64,000 nt of DNA from Opitutia bacterium (GTDB lineage Bacteria; Verrucomicrobiota; Verrucomicrobiia; Opitutales; Opitutaceae): positions 352,001-416,000 of the forward strand of contig CANJVR010000002.1 in assembly GCA_947478395.1 (NCBI GenBank). Direction: 5' to 3'. Both the position numbers and the translations under genes were made by a program. Below the pieces are notes generated by a model. That model was given only the letters and a program-made list of their open reading frames with translations. It was not told where the DNA came from and did not search any database. This document shows, one piece after another, positions 1 to 11,877 of the stretch (positions are counted from its first letter, which is position 1; every line of letters starts with the position of its first letter).

Positions 1-1649
1 CCGGCGCACGTCTGTTGGAGCGATGGCTCGCGGCTCCGACGCTGGATTTGCCCGTGGTTCTGCGGCGGCAGGCGCTGGTTGGGGAGCTCCTCGCCCAGCC
101 GACTCCCCTTTCGGCCTTGCGCGAATTGCTCGCTCACGTCCGCGATATTCCACGCATTCTGGGCCGGCTGCAAAATCGGCTGCGCAATCCACGCGAACTC
201 GGCGGCATCCGCGACACCCTCGCGCAAATCCCCGCGCTCCACGAAGCCCTCATCGGCTTCGGTTCCAGCCTTCAACTTTCAACGTTCGTGCTTCAGCTGC
301 AGGAGTTGCCGGCGCTCCGCCAGCTCTTGCAATCGGCTCTGGCCGACGAATTGCCCAACGATCTGGCCGACGGAAATTTTATTCGCGCCGGTCATGATGC
401 CGAGTTGGACCGCCTGCGGTCGTTGACCACCGAAAATAAAACGTGGCTCTCCGCGCTCGAACGCTCCGAGCAGGAACGCACCTCGATTCGTAGTTTAAAA
501 ATCCGCTTCACGAATAATTTTGGCTATTACATTGAGGTCACCAAGGCCAACCTGCACCTCGTTCCGGCCGACTACATCCGCCGGCAGACGACGGTCGGGG
601 GCGAGCGCTACGTCACCGATTCGCTCAAGCAAAAGGAAAAGGAAATCCTCCACGCCGAGGAAAATGCTCTCGCCCGCGAACATGAACTTTTCGCCCAGTT
701 GGTGGCGGCGGTGTTGGATGAGTCGGTGGCGTTAGCTCAGACCGCGGATGCGCTCGCGGAGCTGGATGTGCTCGCCGGTTGGGCGTTGCTCGCGCGCGAG
801 TGGAACTACTGCCGGCCGATCCTGGACGAAGAGGACGTCCTTGAAATCATCGAAGGTCGCCATCCGGTCGTGGAGCAAATGTTGAAATCCCCGGACGCGA
901 CCCGGGCCCGCGGCGTCAGCCAGGCCTTCGTGCCCAACGACACGTTGCTCGCCTGTGACGATGCTCAACTCGCGCTGATCACCGGGCCCAACATGGCGGG
1001 CAAGTCGACCTACATCCGCCAGGTCGCACTGATCGCGCTGCTCGCTCAGATCGGGTGCTGGGTGCCGGCAAAATCCTGCCGCGTCGGGCTCGTCGATCGA
1101 ATCTTTTCGCGGGTCGGGGCGAGCGACGACCTCGCCCGCGGTAACTCCACCTTCATGGTCGAGATGAACGAGACCGCGAACATTCTCAACAACGCCACGG
1201 CCCGTTCCCTGATCATCCTCGATGAAATCGGCCGCGGCACCTCGACCTACGATGGCCTCAGCATCGCTTGGGCAGTGGTCGAACATCTGCACCGCGAGCC
1301 CGACCGCGGGCCGCGTACGCTTTTCGCGACGCATTACCAGGAGCTGACTCAGCTCGAAAAACATTTGCCGCGTCTCCGCAATTTCTCCGTGGCGGTGAAA
1401 GAATGGAACGATGAAATCGTTTTCGTGCGCCGGGTTATCCCGGGTGCGGCGGATCGAAGCTACGGGATTCAAGTCGCCCGGCTCGCCGGTCTGCCCCTGA
1501 GCGTGATCGATCGAGCGAAGACCATCCTCGCGAAACTCGAGAGCGATGACACCGCGGTGACACTGCCGGCTGCCGCCACGCCGCAGGCGAAGCCGAAAAA
1601 GAAGATCTCCGTGGCGCCGGCCGACGATTCGCAGCTGAGTCTGCTGTAA
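1..1649 (+). CDS. mutS: DNA mismatch repair protein MutS (5'-truncated by window edge)
   Basis: GRHPVVE, Walker A TGPNMAGKSTY, STFMVEM, DEIGRGTSTYDG, FATHY and SYGIQVARLAG motifs. The frame is open from the window start. Confidence 0.97.
   Translation, partial: GARLLERWLAAPTLDLPVVLRRQALVGELLAQPTPLSALRELLAHVRDIPRILGRLQNRLRNPRELGGIRDTLAQIPALHEALIGFGSSLQLSTFVLQLQELPALRQLLQSALADELPNDLADGNFIRAGHDAELDRLRSLTTENKTWLSALERSEQERTSIRSLKIRFTNNFGYYIEVTKANLHLVPADYIRRQTTVGGERYVTDSLKQKEKEILHAEENALAREHELFAQLVAAVLDESVALAQTADALAELDVLAGWALLAREWNYCRPILDEEDVLEIIEGRHPVVEQMLKSPDATRARGVSQAFVPNDTLLACDDAQLALITGPNMAGKSTYIRQVALIALLAQIGCWVPAKSCRVGLVDRIFSRVGASDDLARGNSTFMVEMNETANILNNATARSLIILDEIGRGTSTYDGLSIAWAVVEHLHREPDRGPRTLFATHYQELTQLEKHLPRLRNFSVAVKEWNDEIVFVRRVIPGAADRSYGIQVARLAGLPLSVIDRAKTILAKLESDDTAVTLPAAATPQAKPKKKISVAPADDSQLSLL
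266..300 (+). repeat. Degenerate 7-bp tandem tract inside mutS
   Basis: cagcctt-caacttt-caacgtt-cgtgctt-cagctgc, encoding SLQLSTFVLQL. Confidence 0.55.
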
Positions 1650-1775
1650 CAAGAATCAAGGCTTGGCGCCGGTCTGCATAACCGAAGCGAGCCGGCCTTC
1701 TCAGATCGCCCCCTTGGGCTCTTCGGATTGGCGCTTAGCCCGGGTCCTACGCCAACCGCCGGCGGCCGCCCCGCG

Positions 1776-2819
1776 CTACTTTGGGGAACTTCCGCGCATT
1801 AACGCCCACAGCTGTTTTGCCTGGGTGATGGTTTTCTTCAATACCTCCGGCGTGAGCGCCTGCTTCGGGTCGTCGCCGATGCCCTTGTTGGGCTCGACGT
1901 GCGCTTCAATGCAAAGGCCGTCCGCGCCGTACGCGACCGCCGCGAGTGCAGCGGACGGCACGTAAACTGCCTTGCCCACCGAGTGGGACGGATCGACGAC
2001 CACGGGCGCCCAGGTTTTTTCCTTAAGCAGCGGCGTAATACTTTCGTCCGGATGATTCCGGTAGCCATCGAGCGTCGGCGTGGTGCCGCGTGGGCAAAGG
2101 ATGACATTGGGGTTGCCGAACGCGGCGATATATTCCGCGGCGGAGATGAACTCGCTCAACGGACCCATGTGAATGCTGCGTTTTAGGAGCACGGCGGCCG
2201 GGCGCTTGTCGATGGCGCGGCCGATGGCGCGAAGCAGTGAATAGTTGAGCGCGTTGCGGGCGCCGACTTGCAACGTGGTGACCCCCGCGTCGAGCGCGAG
2301 TTTGATGTGCGCTTCCTCCATGACCTCCGTGTCGACGGGAAGACCGGTGCGGCGGGAAGCTTCCATCAGGATGTCGAGTGACTTGGTGTCACCCTGGAAA
2401 GAATAGGGATTTGTCCGCGGCTTCCAGACTCCGCCGCGCAAGGCGTGAGCGCCCGCTTCTTTCACGGCTTGGGCCGTTTCATAAAACAAATTCGGGTTTT
2501 TCGGATCGATCGTGCAGGCGCCTGCGATCACGAAAAGCTGCTCGCCGAGCGTCACGCCGCCGATGGTGATGCGATGAGACGAGAGGTCGGACCGCTTGTC
2601 CATGAGCTTGAAAGGCGACTGGATCCGATCGATCCGTTCGACGTAGTCCAAGCCCTCAAGCCGGTTGATCATGAGCTCGTCGCGCTCGTCGCCGACGATG
2701 GCATAGATCGTTCGGACCGCGCCCACGATGGGTTGAATCGTGCAGCCGAATTCCGCGACGATCGCGGTCACGGTGGCGAGCTGGTCGGGGGTGAGACGAT
2801 TCGTTTTCGGCAGGATCAT
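1776..2819 (-). CDS. aroF: DAHP synthase, class I-beta, with N-terminal regulatory domain
   Basis: IAGAC, RGGVWKPRTNPYSFQG, QVGARN and VDPSH motifs. Start moved to ATG 2819 (MILPKT). Confidence 0.9.
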   Translation of the reverse strand: MILPKTNRLTPDQLATVTAIVAEFGCTIQPIVGAVRTIYAIVGDERDELMINRLEGLDYVERIDRIQSPFKLMDKRSDLSSHRITIGGVTLGEQLFVIAGACTIDPKNPNLFYETAQAVKEAGAHALRGGVWKPRTNPYSFQGDTKSLDILMEASRRTGLPVDTEVMEEAHIKLALDAGVTTLQVGARNALNYSLLRAIGRAIDKRPAAVLLKRSIHMGPLSEFISAAEYIAAFGNPNVILCPRGTTPTLDGYRNHPDESITPLLKEKTWAPVVVDPSHSVGKAVYVPSAALAAVAYGADGLCIEAHVEPNKGIGDDPKQALTPEVLKKTITQAKQLWALMRGSSPK

Positions 2820-2941
2820 GGCAGAGGGAGGGAAACGCTGCGGGTTTCCCACGGATGCGTCCATCCTGTTTCGAGGGAGCGCAAAGGCTGCAGCCCGCGT
2901 TCTAGGCGGACGATGCGCGCTGCTGCCACGGCGAACCGCGA

Positions 2942-3703
2942 TCAGCGGTCGCGCGTGAATTCGGGCGGCATCTCGGCGCGCGTGGCGAACTCGTAGGTGC
3001 GATCGCGCCAGTCGTAGCTGAAGCTCGTCTCGTATGAGTGCAGGCAAAGCCGTTTCACGCCGCTCGCCTTGGCGAAAGCCCGGTTACGGCCGAAATCGCC
3101 GTAGGTTTGATCGCCGACGATCGACAGGTGGCGTTTCGCGCATTGCACCCGCAACTGGTGACTGCGGCCTGTGACCGGCTCGAGTTTGATCAAGCTCAGT
3201 TTGGGATCGCCGCGACCGAGGCGTACGACGCTCATTTTCGTTTCCGAGGGGGAACTTCCGGCTTGGACGACGGTGCGAATACGACCGGCGCGTTTTTCCA
3301 CCGCGAGCATGTCCCGCCAGAGTTCCGTCGTCTTAGCCGGTCCGCCGAACACGAGGGCGGCGTAAATCTTTTTCACCTGTTTCCGGCGAAACTGCGCGCG
3401 CACTTCGATGGCGAGCTCCTCGTTGCCGGCCGCGAGAATCACCCCTGACGTGGCGGCGTCGAGCCGGTTGAGCAGCCATAGCCGCCGCTGCGTTCCATCG
3501 CCTCCGAGCCATTGAAAATATTCGCCCTCGAAAACATAGGGCACGGTCAAAAGCGCGCGGGGCTCCTCGCCGGGCTCGTTGGGATGGGACAGGACGCCCG
3601 CGGGCTTCGCGAAGGACGCGAGCCCATTGGGATCGTGTTTAATCAGCTCAACTCCTCTACCCAGCGGCAGTGTAGTCCAAAAATCGGGGGAAGGGCCGCT
3701 CAT
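2942..3703 (-). CDS. RluA-family RNA pseudouridine synthase
   Basis: KPAG, NRLDAATSG (catalytic Asp), TGRSHQLRVQ and GDQTYG motifs. ATG at 3703 overlaps the upstream stop (ATGA). Confidence 0.92.
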   Translation of the reverse strand: MSGPSPDFWTTLPLGRGVELIKHDPNGLASFAKPAGVLSHPNEPGEEPRALLTVPYVFEGEYFQWLGGDGTQRRLWLLNRLDAATSGVILAAGNEELAIEVRAQFRRKQVKKIYAALVFGGPAKTTELWRDMLAVEKRAGRIRTVVQAGSSPSETKMSVVRLGRGDPKLSLIKLEPVTGRSHQLRVQCAKRHLSIVGDQTYGDFGRNRAFAKASGVKRLCLHSYETSFSYDWRDRTYEFATRAEMPPEFTRDR

Positions 3704-4821
3704 TGATAGAAAAAGGTGAAAGTCATCTCCTGCGAAGTGCCGAGCATGGCGACCATGTCGTCCGACCATTTGCCGTACGGAGAACGCGCGATGATTGCAC
3801 TGACGCACGATTCCTTACCCTGCTCGCTCGAACTGTTTTTCACATCCAGGATTTTCGTGATCGTGCCCTCGGAATCCATGCGGAACGTGACCGTCACCTT
3901 GGTGCCCGATGGCGGGTAGAGTGAACTTTGAATCAAGATGCGGTCCCATTGGATCTGCACGGTTTCGATCATGCGTTGGAGATAAACGCCGTAATTGCTC
4001 CAGCGTGCGTCCACCGCGGTCGGACCGATATTCATCGTCCCGACTTTATTGTCCGAAAAAATACCCGGCCGCACGTTTTGCTTGGCGAGCACGGGGCGCG
4101 GTTGCGGATTATTGCGATCCACTTTCGGGACGTTCACGGTGGCCTCACTCTGGTTGAGTGGCGCGTCTTTCTGGCCCTCGACTTTCTCCGGTGCAGTCGT
4201 CGCGCCGTTGTCAAATTTAGCGATGTTGGTGCCGACACTGTTCGCCTCGTCCCCGATTTTCTTCTCAAAGCCGGCGAGCGGAATCTGCTCCAATTTCGGT
4301 GTGGCCTGCTTTTCCTCCTGGGGGGCAGTTTCTGCGGGCGGAGTCATCGGGACGGCTTCCTGCGGTTTGATGAGCTCCCCGGTCACGATCTGGGTCGATT
4401 GGATATCTTTCTGCCCCTCGAGCGCGGGCATGTCATTCTTGCCGTTCGGGGTCGGCTTCTCCTGCGCGACCTGCTGGTTCATGAAGCTGAAATTATTCGT
4501 CTTATCCGGAACGTTGTCGGGCGCGTCGGGGTTGGCTTCGACAAACTTGTTCGGCGGCGGAGTCTTCTCGGCCTCGGCCTTTTTCGCCTCCTCGTCCGGC
4601 GGGGCATATTCAATCGTAAACGGCGTGGGTTCCGGTGTCTTCGGATTCCGCCCCGCGTCGAGCTTCAGCAGGTAAGGCGCTAGTATCAATACGAGCAGAT
4701 GCAGGAAAACGGTGCCGAGTACGCCGATCTGAATCGCGCGCTTTTCGGAATCGCTCGAAAAAGCCAGCTTCGAGCGGCGGCGGGGTTTGGCCTCCGGAGG
4801 CGGGGTTAAAGTTTGATTCAT
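3700..4821 (-). CDS. TonB/TolA-like membrane-anchored protein
   Basis: Single N-terminal TM helix, Pro/Glu/Lys-rich linker, C-terminal TonB_C-like domain (YLQRMIETVQIQW...VTVTFRMDSEG). Confidence 0.65.
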   Translation of the reverse strand: MNQTLTPPPEAKPRRRSKLAFSSDSEKRAIQIGVLGTVFLHLLVLILAPYLLKLDAGRNPKTPEPTPFTIEYAPPDEEAKKAEAEKTPPPNKFVEANPDAPDNVPDKTNNFSFMNQQVAQEKPTPNGKNDMPALEGQKDIQSTQIVTGELIKPQEAVPMTPPAETAPQEEKQATPKLEQIPLAGFEKKIGDEANSVGTNIAKFDNGATTAPEKVEGQKDAPLNQSEATVNVPKVDRNNPQPRPVLAKQNVRPGIFSDNKVGTMNIGPTAVDARWSNYGVYLQRMIETVQIQWDRILIQSSLYPPSGTKVTVTFRMDSEGTITKILDVKNSSSEQGKESCVSAIIARSPYGKWSDDMVAMLGTSQEMTFTFFYQ

Positions 4822-4852
4822 GAACGGCAGGAGGCTTCGAAGTTGGACTGAC

Positions 4853-5431
4853 TTAGCCCAGCAGACCGCACCGCGTCAAAATTTGTTTCGTTGTTTCAAG
4901 TGGCAGGCCGACAATGTTCGAAAGCGACCCGCGGTAACCGGCGACAATCAAATCGCTGTGCTCCTGAATTCCGTAGCCGCCGGCCTTGTCCAGCGTGTTC
5001 ACCAATGAGAGATATTTTTCGATCACGTCGTCACCGATGGCCTTGAACGTCACTTCGGTCGCTGCGCTGTCCTCCCAGCGCAGCTGGTCGGTGCTCCGGC
5101 GCAGGGCCAGGCCGGTGAAGACGGTGTGCGTGCGACCGCTCAGCTGGCGCAGCATGGATCGCGCTTCCGCGCCGTCGCGGGGTTTGTTGAGCGCCACGCC
5201 GTCGATGAACACCGTGGTGTCGGCTCCGAGGACGATCGCGTCGGGGTGCCGCGCGGCGACCCAATCGGCTTTCAGGGCGGCGTTGTGCGCGACCATCACG
5301 CGAGGATCGGTTGTTGGATCCTCGTGTTCGATGACGTCGGCCACGACCACGTCGAACGCCACCTTTAATTCCGCCAGCAATTCCCGGCGTCGGGGCGAGG
5401 CCGAAGCGAGGATCAAACGCGAAGTACTCAC
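4853..5431 (-). CDS. maf: Maf-family nucleoside triphosphate pyrophosphatase
   Basis: ILASASPRR, GADTTV, KP, LSGRTH, DKAGGYGIQ and NIVGLP motifs. Confidence 0.95.
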   Translation of the reverse strand: MSTSRLILASASPRRRELLAELKVAFDVVVADVIEHEDPTTDPRVMVAHNAALKADWVAARHPDAIVLGADTTVFIDGVALNKPRDGAEARSMLRQLSGRTHTVFTGLALRRSTDQLRWEDSAATEVTFKAIGDDVIEKYLSLVNTLDKAGGYGIQEHSDLIVAGYRGSLSNIVGLPLETTKQILTRCGLLG

Positions 5432-6735
5432 TGCTTTTCCAGCAGGATGTCGCGCACGTCGCCTTTGGCGCGGCTGAGTTCAACCCGGCTGAGGTTGTAT
5501 TGGAAGACCGCGTCGTTCAGCCCATCGCTCGCCACGGCCAGCCGGTTTTGGGCCTCGATCACCTCGCGATTATCGGCGGCTCCATTGTCCAGCCGGCTCT
5601 TAGCGAGCCGAACTTCCTTTTCCGCCAGCGCCAGGCTTTTTTCCGCCACGGTAATCTGCGCAAAGCGCGATCCAGCGTCCTGCTGGGCGAGTCGTAATTC
5701 GGCTGAAATCTGTAATTCGAGACCGCGCAGCCGGGCCTCTTGAGCGCGCTGACGCGACAACGCAATCCGTTGATCCGAGGTGCTGCGCAGCCCGTCGAAG
5801 AGCGGCATGGTGATCGTGGCACCGGCCGTCCATGCCTGCTTACTGTCATTGTTGAAGGCGTCCGCCGCAGCATAGCCGTATTCTCCGCTCAGGCCGAGGA
5901 TCGGCAGGCGTTCGAACTTCGCTGTCCTCAGGTCGAGCTTGGCCTGTTCCACGGCTTTCTGGGCGCGAAGCCAGTCTGAACGCCGGGCAAAACTCGACTG
6001 CTCCAGTCCCAACGAGTAATCGCCGCTGGTGGACCGTCGCACCAGAAAATCCGTCACCACGATGGGCTCAGCCGGTTTCAGATCGAGCAGGCGTTGGAGC
6101 TGCAACGCGCTCTGATAAACCACGGTGTCCTGTTGCAAGCGGGCCTGCTGCGCGAGCGCCAGCTGGGACTCGGCCCGGGTCACATCGATCTGCGTCGCGA
6201 TTCCCGCGTTGAGTTGGTTCTGGGCAAGATCGAAAAGCGCTTTTGCGCGCGCCACATTGGCATCCAGCACCGCGATGCGCCGGACGTCGTGCAACTGGGC
6301 AAAATAAAACTGGGCCACAGTGCTGAGGATGCTCTGGAGGGTCGCCTGGTAATCGGCCTCCGCGACGGCCACGCCCGCCCGGGCGGCGCGATAGGCCGAG
6401 ATCTGCTGCGGATTTAGCAGGGAAAGACTGCCCGTCAGTTTCCCGTCAAATCGATTTGAAGCGGGCGTCTGCGTCAGGAGGCCCGTGGTCGACACTCCGA
6501 CGCCTTCCGTGCGGCGCTGTTGCGCGTTGAGGCCGATGTTGGGCAGTAGTCCGACTCTTTGCTGATTCGCGAATGCGAGCGCCTGAATCGTCGCCTCGCG
6601 ACTCAACAGCACATTGATGTTTACCGCCTCGACCGATCGCAGTGCCTGCTCGAGCGTGAGGTCGGCCGCGGCCCGGGAGTAGATCGAAGCCGCGAGGGAT
6701 ACAGCGGCCAATAAGGTAAACTTAAGCGATGACAT
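5428..6735 (-). CDS. TolC-family outer membrane protein
   Basis: Signal peptide, LTLEQA, and two OEP-like repeats ([30 protein letters not shown]). Start set at ATG 6735. Confidence 0.88.
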   Translation of the reverse strand: MSSLKFTLLAAVSLAASIYSRAAADLTLEQALRSVEAVNINVLLSREATIQALAFANQQRVGLLPNIGLNAQQRRTEGVGVSTTGLLTQTPASNRFDGKLTGSLSLLNPQQISAYRAARAGVAVAEADYQATLQSILSTVAQFYFAQLHDVRRIAVLDANVARAKALFDLAQNQLNAGIATQIDVTRAESQLALAQQARLQQDTVVYQSALQLQRLLDLKPAEPIVVTDFLVRRSTSGDYSLGLEQSSFARRSDWLRAQKAVEQAKLDLRTAKFERLPILGLSGEYGYAAADAFNNDSKQAWTAGATITMPLFDGLRSTSDQRIALSRQRAQEARLRGLELQISAELRLAQQDAGSRFAQITVAEKSLALAEKEVRLAKSRLDNGAADNREVIEAQNRLAVASDGLNDAVFQYNLSRVELSRAKGDVRDILLEKQ

Positions 6736-6837
6736 GCGGATGGCCCCAGCAAACCCCGCGCGGCCGGTCCGGCGCAAGCCTTGCGAGTTGTCAGCGTCAA
6801 AAAACGTCTTCACGTTGCCCATTTCCACCGGAAACCC

Positions 6838-8481
6838 ATGCGTCTCGGACTAGCCCAGCTCAATCCCACCGTCGGCGATCTACCGGGCAACCGGCGTAAA
6901 ATCCTCGAGGCTTACGCGAAGCTAGTGGAACAAGGCGCCGAGCTGGTGGTGTTTCCGGAGTTAGCGGTCTGCGGCTATCCGCCCCGCGATCTGCTTTTAA
7001 AGCGGCACTTCGTGCCCGATGTCGTGGCTTCGCTCGCGCAGATCGTCGCAAATATCGGCGAGGTGCCAGCCGTGATCGGCACGGTCGAGGCCAACGCGCT
7101 CACGACGGGCCGACCGTTCTTCAATGCCGCCGCGTTTTGCCATCGTGGACGCGTCGTGGCGATGGCGCATAAATGCCTGCTGCCAACCTACGATGTGTTC
7201 GACGAAGATCGTTATTTTGAGCCGGCCGCCTCGCCTCTGGTTGTCGAACACGCCGGCAAGCGCATCGGCATCACCCTCTGCGAGGACATTTGGACGCATC
7301 CGATGCTGGGGACGCGCCGCCTTTACCACGGCCTCGATCCCGTGGCGCAACTGGTCGCGCAAAAATGCGATCTGATGGTCAACCTGTCCGCGAGTCCGTG
7401 GCACCACGGCAAGGGCGACGTTCGCCAGCGCCTCGTAACCGATGCGGCGTCTGCGTTGCGCTGCCCGGTCGCGTACGTCAACGCGGTCGGCGGCAACGAT
7501 GAATTGATCTTCGACGGCCGCAGTCTCGTGGCCGATTCCGCGGGTCGGGTCATCGCCGGCCTGGCGGCGTTTCGGGAGGATATTAGCGTCGTGGAGACTA
7601 GCGCCGTGGTCCCGCAAATCGCGCCCGGATTTCAACAGGACGATTTGCCCGACATCTACGCGGCGCTGGTGCTCGGCTTGCGCGACTATGCGGAGAAAAG
7701 CGGTTTCAAACGCGCGCTGGTCGCTCTGTCGGGTGGCATCGATTCGGCGTTGGTCGCAGTGGTCGCCGCGGAAGCGTTCGGCGCCGGGAATGTCACCGGC
7801 GTTTCCCTGCCGTCGAGCATCTCATCGCAACATTCACGCGACGATGCCCGGATCCTAGCCGAAAATCTCGGAATACACTTTGAAACCATCGCGATTGCGG
7901 GAGCCGTCACCGCCGCGGAGGCCGCGCTGGGCCCGGTGTTCTCCGGCCGTCCGCGGGATGTAGCGGAAGAAAATATCCAGGCCCGCGTTCGCGGCGTTCT
8001 GATGATGGGACTTTCGAATAAATTCGGCGCGCTGCTTTTGACGACGGGCAACAAGAGCGAAATGGCCGTCGGCTATTGTACGCTTTACGGTGACATGTGC
8101 GGCGGGCTCGCCGTGATCAGTGACGTTTTCAAGATGCAGGTCTACGCTCTGTCGCGCTGGATCAATCGGGAGCGCGAGATCATCCCGGCCAACACGATCG
8201 AGAAACCGCCGTCGGCCGAACTTCGGCCGGGCCAGGTCGACCAGGACAGCCTGCCGCCCTATGATCAACTGGACGCGATCTTGAAAGGCTACGTCGAACA
8301 AGGACTTTCGCGCGGCGATCTCGTCGCGCAGGGTTTCGCGCCGGCGGTCGTCAATGACATCGCCCGCAAAGTGGACCTCAACGAGTACAAGCGAAAACAG
8401 GCCGCGCCCGGTCTAAAGATCACGCCGCTGGCATTCGGCGTCGGCCGGCGGATTCCGATCGTGCAGAAATACGTGAGCTGA
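6838..8481 (+). CDS. nadE: Glutamine-dependent NAD+ synthetase
   Basis: Nitrilase domain (FPEL, K..LP.YDVFDE, LCED) plus SGGIDS, ENIQAR, TGNKSE and PSAEL. Confidence 0.96.
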   Translation: MRLGLAQLNPTVGDLPGNRRKILEAYAKLVEQGAELVVFPELAVCGYPPRDLLLKRHFVPDVVASLAQIVANIGEVPAVIGTVEANALTTGRPFFNAAAFCHRGRVVAMAHKCLLPTYDVFDEDRYFEPAASPLVVEHAGKRIGITLCEDIWTHPMLGTRRLYHGLDPVAQLVAQKCDLMVNLSASPWHHGKGDVRQRLVTDAASALRCPVAYVNAVGGNDELIFDGRSLVADSAGRVIAGLAAFREDISVVETSAVVPQIAPGFQQDDLPDIYAALVLGLRDYAEKSGFKRALVALSGGIDSALVAVVAAEAFGAGNVTGVSLPSSISSQHSRDDARILAENLGIHFETIAIAGAVTAAEAALGPVFSGRPRDVAEENIQARVRGVLMMGLSNKFGALLLTTGNKSEMAVGYCTLYGDMCGGLAVISDVFKMQVYALSRWINREREIIPANTIEKPPSAELRPGQVDQDSLPPYDQLDAILKGYVEQGLSRGDLVAQGFAPAVVNDIARKVDLNEYKRKQAAPGLKITPLAFGVGRRIPIVQKYVS

Positions 8482-8654
8482 GTGCAGGCCTGCATGAATT
8501 AACCGGCGCCCTTGGCCGAACTCGTCTCGATACTATATTAAAGGATCTCGCGCAGGATCGCAGCGCGGGCCGCTTGGGCCCGCCCAGCGCCGGCGAATTT
8601 TGCGGTTTCCGCATCGACCCGCCCGACATTTGGAATCACAACGATCGCGTCGCT

Positions 8655-9932
8655 ATGCCCGTTTCCGAATCTCTCTTCGATCGCGCTCTCAAACTCATTC
8701 CCGGCGGAGTCAATTCCCCGGTCCGTGCTTTTCGCTCCGTCGGCGGCACGCCGTTTTACGTCAAGTCGGCGCAAGGCGCTACGCTCACGACGGCCGACGA
8801 TCGCGAGTTGATTGATTTCGTCTGCACGTGGGGCCCCGCCATTCACGGGCACAACCACCCGCGCATCAAAGCCGCGATCGCCGCGGCGCTCGAGCGAGGC
8901 ACGTCGTTTGGCACGCCCAATCCGTTCGAGGTCGAAATGGCTGAGTTGATTACGCGCCTCGTGCCGTCGATTCAAAAAGTCCGCATGACCAGCAGCGGGA
9001 CCGAAGCCACGATGTCCGCCATCCGGCTGGCCCGGGGTTTCACGAAGCGCGACAAGATCGTCAAGTTTGCCGGCTGTTATCACGGGCACTCCGATTCACT
9101 CTTGATCAAAGCCGGCTCGGGCGCGCTCACGCACGGTTATCCCGACAGTGCGGGTATTCCGGCGTCGTTTGCGCGCGAAACGGTTGTTCTTCCGTTCAAC
9201 AATGCGGCTGCCCTCGCCGCGGCCTTCGCCGCCAACCCCGGTCAGATCGCGGCGGTCATTCTTGAGCCGCACATCGGCAACGTCGGTTTGATTCTCGCGG
9301 AGCCGGGTTACCTCGCGGCGGTACGTCGGCTTTGCACCGAAAATGGCGCGGTGCTTATTTTCGACGAAGTCATGACTGGCTTCCGGCTCGCGATTGGCGG
9401 CGCGCAACAGCTCGAGGCGATCGTGCCCGACCTGACCTGTCTCGGTAAAATCATCGGCGGCGGTCTGCCTGTCGGTGCGTTCGGTGGACGGGCCGAGATC
9501 ATGGATCTGCTCGCGCCGCTGGGCCCTGTTTATCAGGCCGGCACGTTGAGCGGTAATCCCCTCGCCCTCGCCGCCGGCATCGCGAGCCTGCGTCTGCTCG
9601 AAGAATTGAATCCCTACGCGCGGCTCGACGCGCTGGGCCGGCAGGTGCGGGATGCCGTGCTCGCCGCGGCTCGCGCCAAGGGGATTCCGGTGCAGGTGCC
9701 GCAGCTGGGCTCGATGTTCTCCGTGTTTTTCACGGCGGTGCCGGTGCGGGACTGCGATTCCGCACTCACGTCCGACGCCAAACTCTTCGCCAATTATTTT
9801 TATGGCTGCTTGAAGCGCGGCGTGTACCTGCCCCCGAGCGCATACGAGGCCTATTTTATCAGCACCGCGCATGAAGGACCGGCGATCGATCGTGCCTGCG
9901 AAGTCATGACTGAGGCCATTCAAGCCATCTGA
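8655..9932 (+). CDS. hemL: Glutamate-1-semialdehyde 2,1-aminomutase
   Basis: [43 protein letters not shown] (PLP Lys) and [10 protein letters not shown] motifs. Confidence 0.97.
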   Translation: MPVSESLFDRALKLIPGGVNSPVRAFRSVGGTPFYVKSAQGATLTTADDRELIDFVCTWGPAIHGHNHPRIKAAIAAALERGTSFGTPNPFEVEMAELITRLVPSIQKVRMTSSGTEATMSAIRLARGFTKRDKIVKFAGCYHGHSDSLLIKAGSGALTHGYPDSAGIPASFARETVVLPFNNAAALAAAFAANPGQIAAVILEPHIGNVGLILAEPGYLAAVRRLCTENGAVLIFDEVMTGFRLAIGGAQQLEAIVPDLTCLGKIIGGGLPVGAFGGRAEIMDLLAPLGPVYQAGTLSGNPLALAAGIASLRLLEELNPYARLDALGRQVRDAVLAAARAKGIPVQVPQLGSMFSVFFTAVPVRDCDSALTSDAKLFANYFYGCLKRGVYLPPSAYEAYFISTAHEGPAIDRACEVMTEAIQAI

Positions 9933-9972
9933 GTTTCGCGCCGACCAACCTCGGGCCCGTTTTGTCCGCCTT

Positions 9973-11784
9973 ATGAATTTTTTTTCGCTCTTCGTTCTCG
10001 CAATCGTCGGGTCGGTGAGCGGCGCGGTGGTTCGCGCCGAGGTTTCGACCGCGGGGGTACACACCATCGGACTCGAGTCGCTCCACGCCGGACAGCACGG
10101 CCAGGTGTGGACCGTTTTTCGCGGGACCGAAGCAGAGCCCTTCGACGTTGAAGTCACGGGTGTCGTCCAAAATGCGCTCGGCCCGGGAAAATCACTCATC
10201 CTCTGTCAGCTCACCGATCCTCGGGTTCAAAACATGGGCGCTGTGGCCGGCATGAGTGGCAGCCCGCTCTACATCGAGGGAAAGCTTGCCGGGGCCTTGA
10301 GCTACCAGATTCAGCGCTTTGAAACCGTGCGTTACGCCGGCTTCACCCCGGCGGCCGACCTGGCCGAAGTGCGCGACCGAGCCGACGCCGTACCCGGCGT
10401 ATTGCCGTCGCTGCCGACGATTCCCATTTCGTCGAAGTCAACGTCTGCGCTCGATTCTTTCTCCCCTCTCCGGCCGGCCTTCACCGTCAGCGGTCTTTCC
10501 CCACGGGTCGCCGATTTGTTCAGTCCTGCCTTCACCGCCCTCGGTCTTGAGGTCTCTGCGCTCGGCGGCAGCCTCAGCTCCGCCGGCGACTCGCCTTTAA
10601 GTCCGACAACTGAAACCGCCGATTCGTCTTCAGGTGTTCCCGTGACGTTGCGCGCCGGCTCGGCCGTCTCGGTCGCGCTCACCACCGGTGACATCACGCT
10701 CGCCGGTACTGGTACGGTTTCGCGCGTCGACGGCAATCGCATCACGGCGTTCGGCCATCCGATGCTTTCACTCGGCGACGTGGAGCTGCCCATGTGCTCT
10801 GCGGAAATCGTGACGATTCTTCCTTCAACTCTTCAGTCCTCGAAAATCGCCAACACCGGGCGCGTGATCGGTACCATCACGCAGGACCGGCTGTCGGCTG
10901 TTTCCGGTACCCTCGGTGCGGGCCCGGCGATGATTAAGGTGGAAGTCAACGTTGCCGCCGGCGGCAATTCGTCCCGTCCGGCTCGCACCCTCCACTTCAA
11001 TGTCGTCCGCCAGGCCGGACTCACACCCACGCTCATCGCGACCGGGATTACCCAGGCCATCGTCGGCTCGAACGACGCCGGCCTCACCAACGGGTTCCGC
11101 CTCACCAGTATCATCACTTACTCGCCCGCCCAGACACTCACCTCGCGCAATCTTTTCGCCGGTCCTCAGGCGTTTGCCCAGGGTCTGCAGGAATTCGTCC
11201 GCGGTCTTTCGCAGGATTTGCAGAATCCCTATGAAAAAACATTTCCCGAGCGGGTGACGTTTAGCGTTGAACCGCTGGCGGAAAATCCGGCCGTGACCTT
11301 TGATCTTTTCCAACTCTCCCGTACCAGCGCCCGCGCCGGCGACACGGTGCTCGCGACGATTGGCTGGCGCGACTATCAGGGCGCCGCTCATCGTGAGACG
11401 ATTCCCGTGCCGGTCGATTCGTCGTGGGCCGGGAAAAGCCTCGATGTCATTCTCGCTTCGGGCCGGGCGATTGACGAACTCACCGGGCACCCATCGATGA
11501 TCGCGACCGCCCAGTTGCGCAGTTTCAACGCCTACCTGGCAGCCGTCCGCGACAACCGGCCCAACGACGGCCTCGTCCTCGCGGTGTTGGAAAAATCCGC
11601 CCTCTTTAGCGATCAAACCATCGGTACACCCGAGACGCCCGGCTCGATCGAGCGCATCGCCCGGACCGCCGATGAAACCCGCTTCAAAAAGACCGACGGT
11701 CTCGTGTCGCTCTGGGAGCAACATCTGCTGGCCGACAAACTGGCCGGCGTACTTCTGCGGCGCCCGCTCCGTGTCACGGATTGA
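9973..11784 (+). CDS. Secreted SpoIVB peptidase S55 domain protein
   Basis: Signal peptide, TVFRGTEAEPF, AGMSGSPLY (catalytic Ser motif), GALS and AFGHP. Confidence 0.88.
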   Translation: MNFFSLFVLAIVGSVSGAVVRAEVSTAGVHTIGLESLHAGQHGQVWTVFRGTEAEPFDVEVTGVVQNALGPGKSLILCQLTDPRVQNMGAVAGMSGSPLYIEGKLAGALSYQIQRFETVRYAGFTPAADLAEVRDRADAVPGVLPSLPTIPISSKSTSALDSFSPLRPAFTVSGLSPRVADLFSPAFTALGLEVSALGGSLSSAGDSPLSPTTETADSSSGVPVTLRAGSAVSVALTTGDITLAGTGTVSRVDGNRITAFGHPMLSLGDVELPMCSAEIVTILPSTLQSSKIANTGRVIGTITQDRLSAVSGTLGAGPAMIKVEVNVAAGGNSSRPARTLHFNVVRQAGLTPTLIATGITQAIVGSNDAGLTNGFRLTSIITYSPAQTLTSRNLFAGPQAFAQGLQEFVRGLSQDLQNPYEKTFPERVTFSVEPLAENPAVTFDLFQLSRTSARAGDTVLATIGWRDYQGAAHRETIPVPVDSSWAGKSLDVILASGRAIDELTGHPSMIATAQLRSFNAYLAAVRDNRPNDGLVLAVLEKSALFSDQTIGTPETPGSIERIARTADETRFKKTDGLVSLWEQHLLADKLAGVLLRRPLRVTD

Positions 11785-11877
11785 TCGATCGGCCTTCTGC
11801 CCGCGCGTTTGCTCGGTCGCCAGCGAGCGCCTCGCCTGGTAATCGGCGCCTCTCCTTTCACCTTTTTATTCCACCAC